Assembly (NCBI GenBank): GCA_964016885.1 | Contig: OZ024744.1 | Coordinates: forward strand, 135,408,001-135,472,000 | Direction: 5' to 3' | DNA length: 64,000 nucleotides | Origin: Eledone cirrhosa | Taxonomy: Eukaryota | Shown here: positions 1 through 11,032 of the stretch, one piece after another | How the letters are laid out: each line of letters opens with the position of its first letter | How positions within the stretch are numbered: position 1 is the stretch's first letter | Position numbers and translations under genes: made by a program | Notes under the pieces: generated by a model | Seen by the model: the letters and a program-made list of their open reading frames with translations, nothing else | What the model was told of the DNA's origin: nothing | Database searches by the model: none

Positions 1-967
1 AATTCGGCCGGGGAGAACCCCAGGTCCTCCTTTGTTGATGACCGAATTCCTAACAACACAATAGGAAGGTACTCGCTCCAACGTTGAGTCTGGATAGGCG
101 CGAAGAGCGGCCTTTAATTGGCGGTGGAATCGTTCCACCATTCCGTTTGAAGCAGGATGATAGGCTGTGGTCCGAATCCGTTGAGCTCCAATTATCTTTG
201 TGAGCTCAGAGAAGAGATGGGACTCGAATTGTCTACCACGGTCTGTGGTGACTGTAGTTGGTACCCCCAAAGCGGGTAATCCACCCTGATACAGTCTAAG
301 CAGTCATATCTTGTAAGGGGATGGCTTCAGGCCATCGCGAAAAACGATCGACACAGGTCAATATGTATGAATATCCACTGCTGAATGGCCAAGGTCCAAC
401 GAGGTCAATGTGGATGTGCTGAAACCGAGCATCAGGAGTACTGAAAGTACCAAGTGGAGTCCGGATGTGTCTATGGATTTTCAATTTCTGGGAAGCGATG
501 CAGGAACGGCACCAAGCAGCGATGTCGCGCCTCATATTTGGCCAGAAGAATCTGGCTGTTATGAGCTTTACTGTGGCAGCAGATCCTGGGTGAGAAATGT
601 TGTGCAAAGCCAGGAACACAATTCGACGGTGAGTTTCAGGAACAAGTGGTCGTGGTGAATCCGTAGATACATCACATAGAATCTGCCTGTTGGTGGACAA
701 GGGCAGATATTTGAAAATGCAAGTCGCAAATTCAGCAGAAAGAGTGTCCAACGATTGGAGTGTAGGTTGGTCTGCAACTAAACGACCTAAGTCGATCTCC
801 TGGGATGACGAGATGGAGCTGATTGGCAAACGTGACAATGCGTCTGCAGCTATGTTGTGCGAGCCGGCAATGTGTTGGATATCGTTTGTAAATTGTGAAA
901 CGTAGTCCAGGTGCCTTGTCTCTCTGGGCGAATATCTGTCGGCTTTGGCCCTCAAAGCGAAGGTCAA
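1..967 (-). pseudogene. Gypsy pol C-terminal part: RNase H end, integrase zinc finger and rve core (frameshifted)
   Basis: ORF 296..967 has NIAADALSR, H..HPG..FFWPNM..C..C-like zinc finger, HIHIDLVGP and [20 protein letters not shown] and [20 protein letters not shown] continue in another frame below 296. Confidence 0.9.
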
Positions 968-2658
968 CGGTTTGTGGTCGGTAAAACTGTAAAATTTCTC
1001 CCCTCAAGAATATGAGAGAAATGTTTCACCGACAGATATATGGCTAATAATTCCCGCCCAAACGTGCTATAACGCGTTTCTTCTGGTTTCAGCTTCCTCG
1101 AGAAAAATGCCAAAGGTTGTTGGTTTTCAGCGTAGGACTGTTGTAAAACTGCTCCCACAGCGGTATCAGATGCATCAACACAAAGCGAAAGCTTGGCCTC
1201 TGGTACCGGGTGGGCTAGCAAAGAACTAGCGAGTGCTGTCTTGGCAGACTGGATGTCTTGAAACTGTCCTTGTGTCAAGGAAATATGCTCATTCTTCTTA
1301 CGACGATTTTTTAAAATGTCAGTAAGGGAAGATAGCAAATTAGCACAATGAGGAACGAAACGCCTATAGAAATTGATTAGGCCTAAGAAGTGACGCAACT
1401 GGTGAAGTGTAGTAGGCGGAGGTAACTCCTGTATGGTTTGAACTCGCTGAGGGAGCGGCCTAATACCTTCGGCGTCGATGAGGTGGCCTAAAAAATTTAG
1501 GGAAGTGGAACCGAAAACACACTTTGCTAGATTCACGCGAACGCGGTAATCCTGAAGTCGCCGAAATAAGAGATGCGTGTGGCGCATATGCTCTTTCGGA
1601 GAGGAACTAGCGACGAGAATATCGTCTATGTAAGCATAAACGAAGTCCAGACCACGCGTGACCTCGTCTATGAACCGCTGAAAAGTGCTAGCGGCGTTCC
1701 TGAGTCCGAAAGGCATGGTAAAAAATTCGAAGGATCCGAAAGGGGTTGTAATCGCCGTTTTCGGAATATCCTCCTTCCTGACCGGAATTTGGTGGTAGGC
1801 TCGCACTAAATCTAGCTTTGAAAAAATCTTACACCCCTGCAGTGAAGATGCAAAATCCTGGAGATGGGGAATGGGATACCTATCCGGGACGGTCATAGCA
1901 TTTAACCTCCTATAATCCCCAGTGGGTCTCCAGTCGCCGGAAGTCTTGGGCACCATGTGTAACGGTGAAGCCCAAGGACTCGTAGATGGGCGAATAATGC
2001 CCAGCTGCAGCATATGGTCGAACTCGGACCGTGCTGCCTTGAATTTTTCCGTCGGTAAGCGGCGTGGACGCGAAAACACTGGAGCACCGGTGGTGGAAAC
2101 GAAATGTTCGGTCGAGTGTGTTGGCTCAGTGACTCGAAAATTTCCATCCGTGAGCTCCGGGAAAGAACCCAGCAACGAATGGTAGGCGTCCCCAGCGGCA
2201 GCGATGAAGAATATGGGGCTGACTATTGGAGCATTGGCTTCCTGGCCATGAATTGAAAAACCGGTGATGTTATCCACCAGGCGTTGGCCACGGACGTCCA
2301 CAGTTAAAGAGAATTTGTGGAGGAAATCCACTCCTAAGATGGGGTATGGCAAATCGGCAACCGTAAAAATCCACTTAAAATCCCTACGAAGATTTAGGAA
2401 TTTGAGAGGAAGCGAGATTTGCCCGTACGTCTTTATAGACGAGTGGTTAACTGCCTGCAGCGTAACAGATGACTCTATGGGGGTATCTTTCAGGCAATGG
2501 ACCGGCCAAATACTACATGAGGCTCCTGTATCCACGAGGAAACCTCTTCCCGACATTAGGTCCTTAATGAAGAAATGGCGGTTTGGTGGCTTTATGTTGA
2601 GGTCAACTGTCCCCATCAGCAGACCTCTTAGGCGTTTCCCGCCTTGTGAAACGAGCAA
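964..2658 (-). pseudogene. Gypsy pol: aspartic protease, reverse transcriptase, RNase H
   Basis: Motifs FLVDTGAS (protease), [28 protein letters not shown] (RT), DASD..GAVL and RELLAI (RNase H). The frame is lost near 990. Confidence 0.95.
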
Positions 2659-2659
2659 G

Positions 2660-3422
2660 GTTGCACGCAGTAGTTCGCGCTCTCAGCAAATCGCTCGTGG
2701 TACCAGCATAAAGATGAAGCTGGTGATTTTGAACGACTTCTAAAACTTTACGATCTCCCGCAACTGCGGGGGCGCGAACGGGCACCACACAAGGCCTTCA
2801 TCTTGTGGAGCTCTATGGTGAGTTCCTGAATGGACTTTTGCATCGCCATAATGGTTGAGCTGTCTATAGGCGCTGCCGCGTAGATGGCATGGCCGAGTGT
2901 GGCCCGAGCTGGGTGGTGAACAGCGGCAAGGGGTTCGCTGCCTCCGACATTTGTCACCTCCAAAACTTTGTCCGCAGAGGCGGCAAGCTGATCCACCGTG
3001 CTTGTATCCCTTATGGGGGCCAAAATTGCCTGTACGTTGGTCGGCAGGCGCGAGAAGAACAACTGCTTCAGCAGGGCAGTTTCCGCTACCGACCCCTCCG
3101 TTAGGTCCTTCATTCGCCTTAGGAGGTTCGATGGGGTGCCATCCCTTATATGCTCCAGATGGACCAAAGCCCTAAACCTTTTTTCTGAAGACTGTTCTGT
3201 CCGGCTGAGTATTTCAGCCTTCAGAGACGTGTACGTCGAGTCTGTGGGTGTCTCTAACACCAGGTCTTTAATCGCTGGGAGAATTGCCGGCGGAATTGCA
3301 CTAAGGACCAGAGGACGTTGTAGTTCCTCGTCAACTCTGTTCGCCTTGAAAAATGCTTCGAGTTGGGCGAACCATAGCCTTACGTCGCCCGTGTACGTTG
3401 GCAGAACAGAGTGAGAAGCCAT
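2660..3422 (-). pseudogene. Gypsy gag
   Basis: ORF 2748..3422 (LWFAQLEAFF, YTSLKAEIL, LFFSRLP). A CWYHERF..A.YC..PC knuckle follows in a shifted frame at ~2660-2712. Confidence 0.85.
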
Positions 3423-3589
3423 TGGTATACTGTAGGTAATTTACAGTTTGGAAAATGTCTCCAACGCAACAGAAAAGGAAAACAAAATCGCTTATTTTTC
3501 TCTGTCAAACCACTGGACCGGAAAAATAATGCATCCGGGACAATATGCAAAGAAGCGACTAACTGAATGATGTTATTACTAAGGTAAGG

Positions 3590-3776
3590 ACGGGCGGTGG
3601 ATTGGCAGTATCGGTAGAGGGTCGGACGCCATGCTTTCCAGCATAGTTACGTCCCTTTTCGATCTGAGTTCAAATCCCGCCGAGGTTGACTTTGCCTTTC
3701 ATCCTTACGGGGTCGATAAAATAAAGTACCAGTAATGCACTGGGTAATTGCTGGCCTTGTGCCTAAAGTAGAAACA
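3590..3776 (+). mobile_element. tRNA-derived SINE (Meta-domain type) inserted in the Gypsy leader
   Basis: A-box TGGCAGTATCGG, B-box GAGTTCAAATCC, central GCCTTTCATCCTTACGGGGTCGATAAAATAAAGTACC. An 18-bp TSD GTTATTACTAAGGTAAGG lies at 3572-3589 and 3777-3794. Confidence 0.9.
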
Positions 3777-4032
3777 GTTATTACTAAGGTAAGGGCAAGG
3801 AACTTAAAACAAAATCCAACATGGCGGACTATTTCGCGCCAAAAACACTAATGATAGAGAAGAGAGCCTCCATCCTGTCATCCTCAAAATTTTTAGCCAG
3901 AGAAAAGAGCAGAAAAGGAGAGAAAAAAGGCAAAAACATTCATACAATTGCTGTTTGTTTGTGTGTCAATAACTGTAGGTGTTCGTTTTGTATTAATTTT
4001 TTTTTTCTTTTTACTTCCCATTTTTTTTTAAA

Positions 4033-4051
4033 ATCACGTCGGGGGTCACCA
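4033..4051 (-). other. Primer-binding site (tRNA-Trp)
   Basis: The minus strand reads TGGTGACCCCCGACGTGAT, matching the tRNA-Trp PBS TGGTGACCCCGACGTGAT with one extra C, directly next to the LTR end. Confidence 0.85.
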
Positions 4052-4052
4052 C

Positions 4053-4508
4053 TTTAGGAGATTAGTATCGGTGTACATATATGCATTATTAGAAATGACA
4101 ATAAATGCCGGTATGTGTTGTGACAAGGTTTTTACTTCACAGAAGTCAAAGGGATTAATATAAGTAAATCATTACCCGTGGGTCACAACTCCTAGGCTGA
4201 AGTGTGTGCAGAAGAACAGAGATCTTCTCTTGGAGGTGTTAACATCTTCTTAGGCTGCCGGTGGCATTCTTCTTGAGTGGCGAAGGAAAATGAGAGAGGA
4301 ATCATCTCATGACAAGGTCGCAGGTGTTGTTAACACTTTGGGATTCAGGAGGCGAGAGAGAGAGATCGCCCTGACCTGTCCCTTTTATAGGGTCCGGCCG
4401 GAAGTGACAAAAAGGGTTCTATCACCCCAACGGGAAGTAACTCCAGCTACTTCCTGTCTAGAGAGCGGTGATGTGATTGTCATGACAAGGGAGGCAACTC
4501 TTGCTACA
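4053..4508 (-). repeat. Gypsy 5' LTR (~455 bp)
   Basis: The minus strand starts TGTAGCAAGAG and ends CTCCTAAA (mutated ..CA) before the PBS. TATA-like CTATAAAAGG at ~4381-4390 and AGTAAA at ~4132-4137. Confidence 0.75.
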
Positions 4509-7500
4509 CGTGTAAATGACGCTCCGCCAATAACCGAAAATAGACAATCACAAAATGCGGTGAGTACAGTTATCGCAACATCTTTGTCCGCCGCTGAACG
4601 TCGGTTAGTGCGGCGAACCAATAATGCTGAAGCAACTGCTGCAGCACAAGCTGCAGAGACTACAGAACAACGTGAAATACGCCTTGCTATGGATGCTACT
4701 GATACTGCTGCAGCAAGATCTGCAGAGACAGTACAAAAATATGAAACACGCCGTGCGCATAATTCTTCAGCTAATGTTGCAGCAAGAGTAATTGAGACTG
4801 AGCAAGAACGTTAAAGTCGCCAATTGAGAAATGTTTCAGCTACTGCTACGGCACGAGCTGTAGAGACTGTAACAAGTCGAGCTATTCGGCTAGAGGGTAA
4901 CGCTCAACGTAGAGCTTTATCGCGGGGTATTTCAAAGGCATCACGCTCACGATGGTACCTTAAGGCAGTTAATTATGACCCTAATGTAAACTATCAAATC
5001 CATCCTGATATTCAAATATATGCCATGTCAAATACTTGCCAACATTGTAAAGCTAAAAAGTGGGCGGGAGAATCGGCTGGAATGTGCTGCTCCAATGGTA
5101 AGGTTAATTTGCCCACCCTTAGGGAACCACCGCAACCTCTCCAGATGCTTCTAACAGGTAAGCATTCACAATCACGTGATTTTCTGAAGCATATCCGACA
5201 GTACAACATTGCGTTTCAAATGAACTCTTTCGGTGCAAAACGTATGAAGGAAGATGAATTTATGCCGACTTTCAAAGTACAGGGCCAGGTGTATCATCTC
5301 ATTGGATCACTGCAATCGTTGCCTACTGAAGAGCCACAATCTTTACAGGTTTACTTTATTGTTAACTGTCATCAGCAAGCAGATCAACGGCAATCGTACA
5401 CTTCAGACACTAAACTGGAACTCTTGACTGACCTCCAAGACATGCTTCAGTCTAACAATAGCTACATTCAAAGCTTCAAGTATGCTTTAGAAGAAGCACC
5501 TTCGCCAAATTACGATATCGTCATTTACGTTGATGAGAGACCATCTGGGGAGCATGCGGGTCGGTATAATGCACCTACTTGTAATGAGGTAGCCATCGTT
5601 ATTAGTGGAGAGCAGCACAACATGAAATATATCAAGCGACGAGACAACAGCCTTCACAGAATAAGTGAAATCCATCGATCTTACGACGCACTTCAGTATC
5701 CGCTATTATTTGTTTATGGTGAGGATGGATACCATTTCGGAATTCATCAAATTAATTCCACAAACCGAGATGAGCATACAACGAAAATTGTCACGTGCAT
5801 GGATTTTTATGCTTTCCGATTCGTGATCCGCGACAACTCCACCGATCACAAGACCTCTTCAATCAATTTGCAGTTGACATGTTCGCAAAAATGGAGTCCG
5901 AGAGATTATGCTTCATTCGACTTAATCAGAAACAACTTCGCTGTGACACTTACATTCACCTTAGTGATGGAATGAACAATGATGCAGATCCTGATAGTAT
6001 TGGACTGTTGTACATCCTGCCTTCATCTTTCACGGGAAGTCCTCGGTTCTTTTTTCGAAAAAATTCAAGATGCTTTAACTATTGTGCGCCTTTTCGGTAA
6101 ACCAGATTTGTTTATTACTTTCACTTCAAACCCAAAATGGGAAGAGATTCAGAAAGAATTTTTTCCAGGTCAAAAAGCCACAGCTAGGCAGGATCTTATT
6201 GCCAGAGTTTTCCATCTTAAGTTAAATAAGATGGAACTTATCAAAACGGGAGAAATCTTTGGCCCACTACAATGTGACATGCTTACAATTGAGTGGCAAA
6301 AACGAGGCTTGCCACATGCCCACATTCTGATCTGGTTAAAGACAAAACTTAGATCAGGTGAAATTGACAATGTCATTTCTGCTGAGTTTCCGGATCCGGC
6401 AGTCGACAGGGACCTTTACCAAAAAGTTAAAGCACACATGGATTTCACAACAACATACCGTGTGTTAAGGACAAGTCTAGGTGCTCAAAGAAATTTCCCC
6501 GACAGTTCCTTAAGGACACTCAGACTGGTCATGACGGATACCCACTATATCGCCGGAGAAGACCCGAAGATGGTGGATTCACAGCAAGGGTTGGCAAACA
6601 TGAGGTTGACAACAGATGGGGTGTTCCATATAATTCACTTCTTATGAAGTTTTTTGAAGCACACGTCAACGTAAAATACTGTAATTCGATTAAATCTATA
6701 AAATACATTTGTAAGTACATTAATAAAGGCTCTGATGCTGCTACGTTTGGATTACTTCGGGAAAACAGCCGAGATGAAGTGGCCCAGTACCAAACTGGAA
6801 GATACATTAGCTCTAATGAAGCATTCTGGCGGATTTTCGGATTTTTTATACATCAACGGCATCCTGCTGTTCAAAAACTCCAAGTGCACCTGGAGAACGG
6901 TCAGAGAGTATATTTTACGAATGCATCAGCTGCTCAGTTAGCACAAGAACCAAAGGATACTACTCTTACCGCTTTCTTTAAACTATGTCAAGAAGATCCA
7001 TTTGCTAAAACCTTACTATATCCACAAGTCCCATCTTACTATACCTGGGACAAAAATACACGGAAGCGAAGAAAAACAGGACAGTGTGTCGAAGGTTATC
7101 TAGGCATCAAGTTCAACGAGTGCTTGGGGATAGTTTATACTGTGCCCCCAAACCAACACGAGTGCTTCCACCTTCGCATGCTACTACATGAGGTCAGAGG
7201 ACCTACCTGCTGTGATGATCTCCGAACGTTAGACGGACATGTTCTTCCAACATACACAAAGGCATGTTTGATGCGTGGATTGCTGGAAGATGGTTCGCAG
7301 TGGGATGTAACAATGGCAGAAGTTGCTCTTTCACATTTACCTGCCAGCCTAAGAAATTTATTTGCGGTACTTTTGCACTCGTGCAACTTATCTGATCCTC
7401 TGTCCTTGTGGATGAAATATAGAGATGAACTAACAGACGACTACAGACACCAAGCACAATTGCTGCTTCCAGAAATAGAGGTCGGCTTTAGTAATGAATT

Positions 7501-7541
7501 ATACAACAGAGCTCTCATTGATATTGAGAAGTTAGCTCTAA

Positions 7542-9059
7542 TTGGAGGAAAGATTTTACGTGACTACGGTTTACCAGAAACTCATCGCATGGACTCAAAC
7601 AAACTTACCACAGATATCATACAGGAGATTTCTTGACATACATGATCTTGGCCAGATAATGAGCCAGATAATCGTCATAGATAATGAGCCAAAACCTCTA
7701 GCTGATCAGCGACTGGCTTATACCACCATTACTGAATTGGTATTTCAAAGAAGAAGTGGCATATTTTTCCTCGATGCTCCAGGAGGGACAGGAAAAACTT
7801 TCGTTACTAAACTTCTTGTTGCAAAGGTTAGACAGAATAAGGACATATCAATAGCAGTTGCGCCCTCTGGAATCGTAGCAACTTTGCTCCCTGGTGGAAG
7901 GACGGCACATTCAGTTTTTAAATTGCCCCTTGATTTGGCAAAATTGGAAACTCCTACTTGTCATATCATCAAAGACTCCGAAAGGGCTCATCTGCTGCGA
8001 AGGTGTCACCTTATTGTTTGGGATGAGTGCACAATGGCGCACAAAGGTGCTCTTGAGGCACGAGACAGGTCTTTGCAAGACATACGAGATTGCAGTGATG
8101 TTATGGGGAGTGTCACCCTTCTGCTATCAGGAGACTTCAGACAGACTCTTCCTATAATACCGAAAGGAACAAGAGCAGATGCGGTAAATGCATGTCTTAA
8201 GTCTTCACCATTGTGGCGACAAGTGACATCATTAAGACTAACTACCAACATGCGTGCAAGGTTGCATGGGGACCCTCTGTCATCAACATTTTCTGGAGAC
8301 ATTCTTACAATAGGAGATGGTAACCTACCTCCGGATACAGATGGACACATAGCAATTGATCACATCTGCAATGTAGATGAAACTGTCGATGATCTCAAGG
8401 CGAGTGTATTCCCGAACTTGCGTGATAACTATACGAATCTTGATTGGATATGCGAAAGAGCCATTCTTGCACCCAAAAATATCACGGTTAGCTGTATTAA
8501 CGATCAGCTTCTTCAGCTTCTTCCTGGATGTCCACGGATATATAAATCTATTGATACTGTATGTGATCCACAGGATGCGGTCAATTATCCAGTTGAATTT
8601 CTAAATTCTTTAAATCCTCCTGGTTTACCTCCTAATACATTGGTTCTGAAAGAGGGAACACCAGTTATTTTGCTGAGAAATATCACTCCTCCAAAACTAT
8701 GCAATGGTACACGCCTTGTGGTTAAAAAACTGTCTCCACTTCGTATTGACGCTACCATTCTATCCGGATGTAGAAAAGGTGAGGATGTGATAATAACAAA
8801 AATTAGCCTGACTACATCAGGAGTGGATACTCCCTTCTCCTTTCGCCGAACCCAATTTCCCCTTCGTGTTGCCTTTGCGATGTCCATAAACACGTCGCAA
8901 GGTCAAACTCTGTCCGTCGCTGGAATTCACTTGAATGTACCTTGCTTTTCGCACGGACAATTCTACGTTGCCTGCTCACGAGTTGGCAGTAGAGATAATC
9001 TCTTTGCGTTTGTTCCGAAAAGAAAAACAAAGAATATCGTCTATCCTGAAGTGCTTTAG
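7542..9059 (+). pseudogene. Helitron PIF1-family helicase domain
   Basis: Motifs DAPGGTGKT (Walker A), WDECTM, GDFRQTLP, LCNGTRL, QFPLRVAFAMSINTSQGQT, FSHGQFYVACSRV. Confidence 0.93.
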
Positions 9060-9372
9060 TGTTAACAAAAAAACTTATTACAGCTCTGCCTTGGCTTCAC
9101 CTTACTAATTACAAAACATACCAATGAATATGTCATGCAGGATATTTTGGATTATAAGTTCAAAATTTAACCATACACAGCAAAGGATTTTCTCAAAGAA
9201 TATATTTTCTCTTATTCTACTCTCATTGTTTTTTGTTTGTATACAACTCTGCTTTCATTACAACTTTTTGTACTTTAGCAAAACTGCCTGTTTTTTTTTT
9301 ACAGATTTGCAACGTCTATTATCTTTAATCATTTGTATAACTACATCCTGTTCAGTGTTTTCCTTCATTATC

Positions 9373-9730
9373 AGCATAGTTACGTCCCTTTACGATCTGA
9401 GTTCAAATCCCGCCGAGGTTGACTTTGCCTTTCATCCTTACGGGGTCGATAAAATAAAGTACCAGTAATGCACTGGATAATTGCTGGCCTTGTGCCTAAA
9501 GTAGAAACAATTATTTATTGAAGACTGCTTATTTTGACAGTTTGGGGACAAATAATTGTTTCTACTTTTGGCACAAGGCCAGCAATTATTCCAGTGCATT
9601 ACTGGTACTTTATTTTATCGACCCCGTAAGGATGAAAGGCAAAGTTAACCTCGGCGGGATTTGAACTCAGATCATAAAGGGAGGTAACTCTATGCTTCAA
9701 AGCATGGCGTCCGACCCTTACCGATACTGG
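9373..9730. mobile_element. Inverted pair of Meta-type SINEs (9373-9510 +, 9556-9730 -) in the Helitron 3' region
   Basis: Both match the SINE at 3590-3776 and lie tail-to-tail about 45 bp apart. Confidence 0.85.
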
Positions 9731-9834
9731 ACAAATAATGTTCTTCTTTTACTTCCTAGTTGTATATTCTTAGCATAATTTCAAACCCCGGATAAATCTG
9801 CTAGTATATATATATATATATATATATATCAATA

Positions 9835-10170
9835 CCTGTAGTGGACTTTGTCATTAAAACACCCGAGAAAACCTAATGATACTACTGGTACTCATTTTCA
9901 GCTAATTATACTGGAGCCACGTGAAATGAAGTGTTTTGCTGAATACCAGAACACTATCCAGGAATCGAACTTATCACATTACGATCGTAAGTCCAAAACT
10001 GTAACCACGATGCGAAGAAATACTGAATTTTCGCACAGCATGTGACAAGACTGACTGAATTACAGGTACAGTCCATCTTACAGGCTTCCAGACAGTTTCT
10101 GTCTACTAAATTTCACTCACCGGACATGGGTCAACTGAAGGTTATGATGACACTTGCCCAAGATGTCACT
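9835..10170. mobile_element. Degenerate SINE fragments (minus-strand head and body ~9835-10010, tail-like piece ~10020-10170)
   Basis: The minus strand has a B-box-like AGTTCGATTCCTGG followed by CAAAACACTTCATTTCACG, the body motif also seen at 29520-29680 and 34411 onward. Confidence 0.5.
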
Positions 10171-10719
10171 CTCTCACCTAATGATTGAGAATTCACTTTT
10201 GGAAAATTCTCCCAAGTCAACAATCGAAAGCACCATGTTCGATTGCTAATTGGGAGTGAGTTAAATCTGGAGTGGAAGACATCCACACAGTGATGGGGAG
10301 AAATAGTCGACAGAAGGATTTGATAAAGACAAAGGAACTACCCCAGGAAGAAATAGGAACAATTTTTAAACTATACCAGATACATATTTATTAATAAAAA
10401 ATATGTTGAATTTTGTTATATTGGCAATGTATTGAAACACGTGGGTGTCTGCCTCATGAAGAATAGATGAACAACTTGGCCGGTATAAATAGTAGATCAT
10501 AGGAGACGAAGAGGGAAAGATTTACAAAAATATATCAACATAATATAAAAATTTAGGTTACCTTTCGGAAAGCTGCTCTTGTCCATTGTTATACCACTTA
10601 CAAAGAGTTTTTGGAAAGATTAGAAAATCCTACAAACTGACGGCCATTTTTTTTTATTTTTATTTTTGATGGAGTTGAATGCGCAAGCGCGAGATTTAGA
10701 AATCCAGTGCGCATGTTCC

Positions 10720-10840
10720 AAGTGTCCTGGCCAGACTACAGCAAATTCTAATATCCCTGGCCATACTACAGCACCATCTAAATATCCTGGCCATACTACA
10801 GCAATATCTAAACAGCTTGGTCATGATACAGCACTAGAAG
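10720..10840 (+). repeat. 30-bp tandem repeat, about 4 diverged units
   Basis: Unit approximately AAATATCCTGGCCATACTACAGCAATATCT. Confidence 0.75.
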
Positions 10841-11032
10841 TTAATCTATAATTACATATGTAATTCTCAGGGAGATTCAACGTTATAAGACTGGCCATTT
10901 GAATTACATACTTCTATAGAGTTTCGGTCTACCCAGTTTCACATAGATGTGATCGAACCTGGGACTTAATGATGGCTAAATAAACTCACAAGTTAGCTGA
11001 TATCGATCTTTAAAACATTGATCGACACTAAA

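Larger units (their letters stand above)
1..4508 (-). mobile_element. Gypsy/Ty3 LTR retrotransposon (5' LTR, PBS, gag, pol; 3' end outside window), frameshifted
   Basis: Domain order gag-PR-RT-RNaseH-IN on the minus strand, with a tRNA-Trp PBS next to an LTR-like segment. Confidence 0.95.
4509..9804 (+). mobile_element. Helitron (RepHel), degenerate, 5' part interrupted by the Gypsy element
   Basis: Consecutive frameshifted ORFs contain the CxxCxAxxW..CCSNG zinc motif, FNQFAVDMFAKME, Rep motifs PDLFITFT..NPKW, EWQKRGLPHAH and KYICKYINKG, and a PIF1 helicase. Probable 3' terminus CTAG-T at 9801-9805. Confidence 0.92.

Noticed and set aside
4290-4814. 174-aa ORF as an independent gene
   Set aside because: It is a chimeric read-through from the Gypsy LTR (antisense) into the Helitron N-terminal repeat region.
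10545-10590. Minus-strand ..GACAAGAGCAGCTTTCCGAAAGGTAACCTA, a possible hammerhead
   Set aside because: There is no CTGANGA core and stem II is weak.
10666-10851. ORF with PGHTTA decapeptide repeats as a host exon
   Set aside because: No recognisable homology or convincing splice context. The 30-bp tandem repeat explains it.
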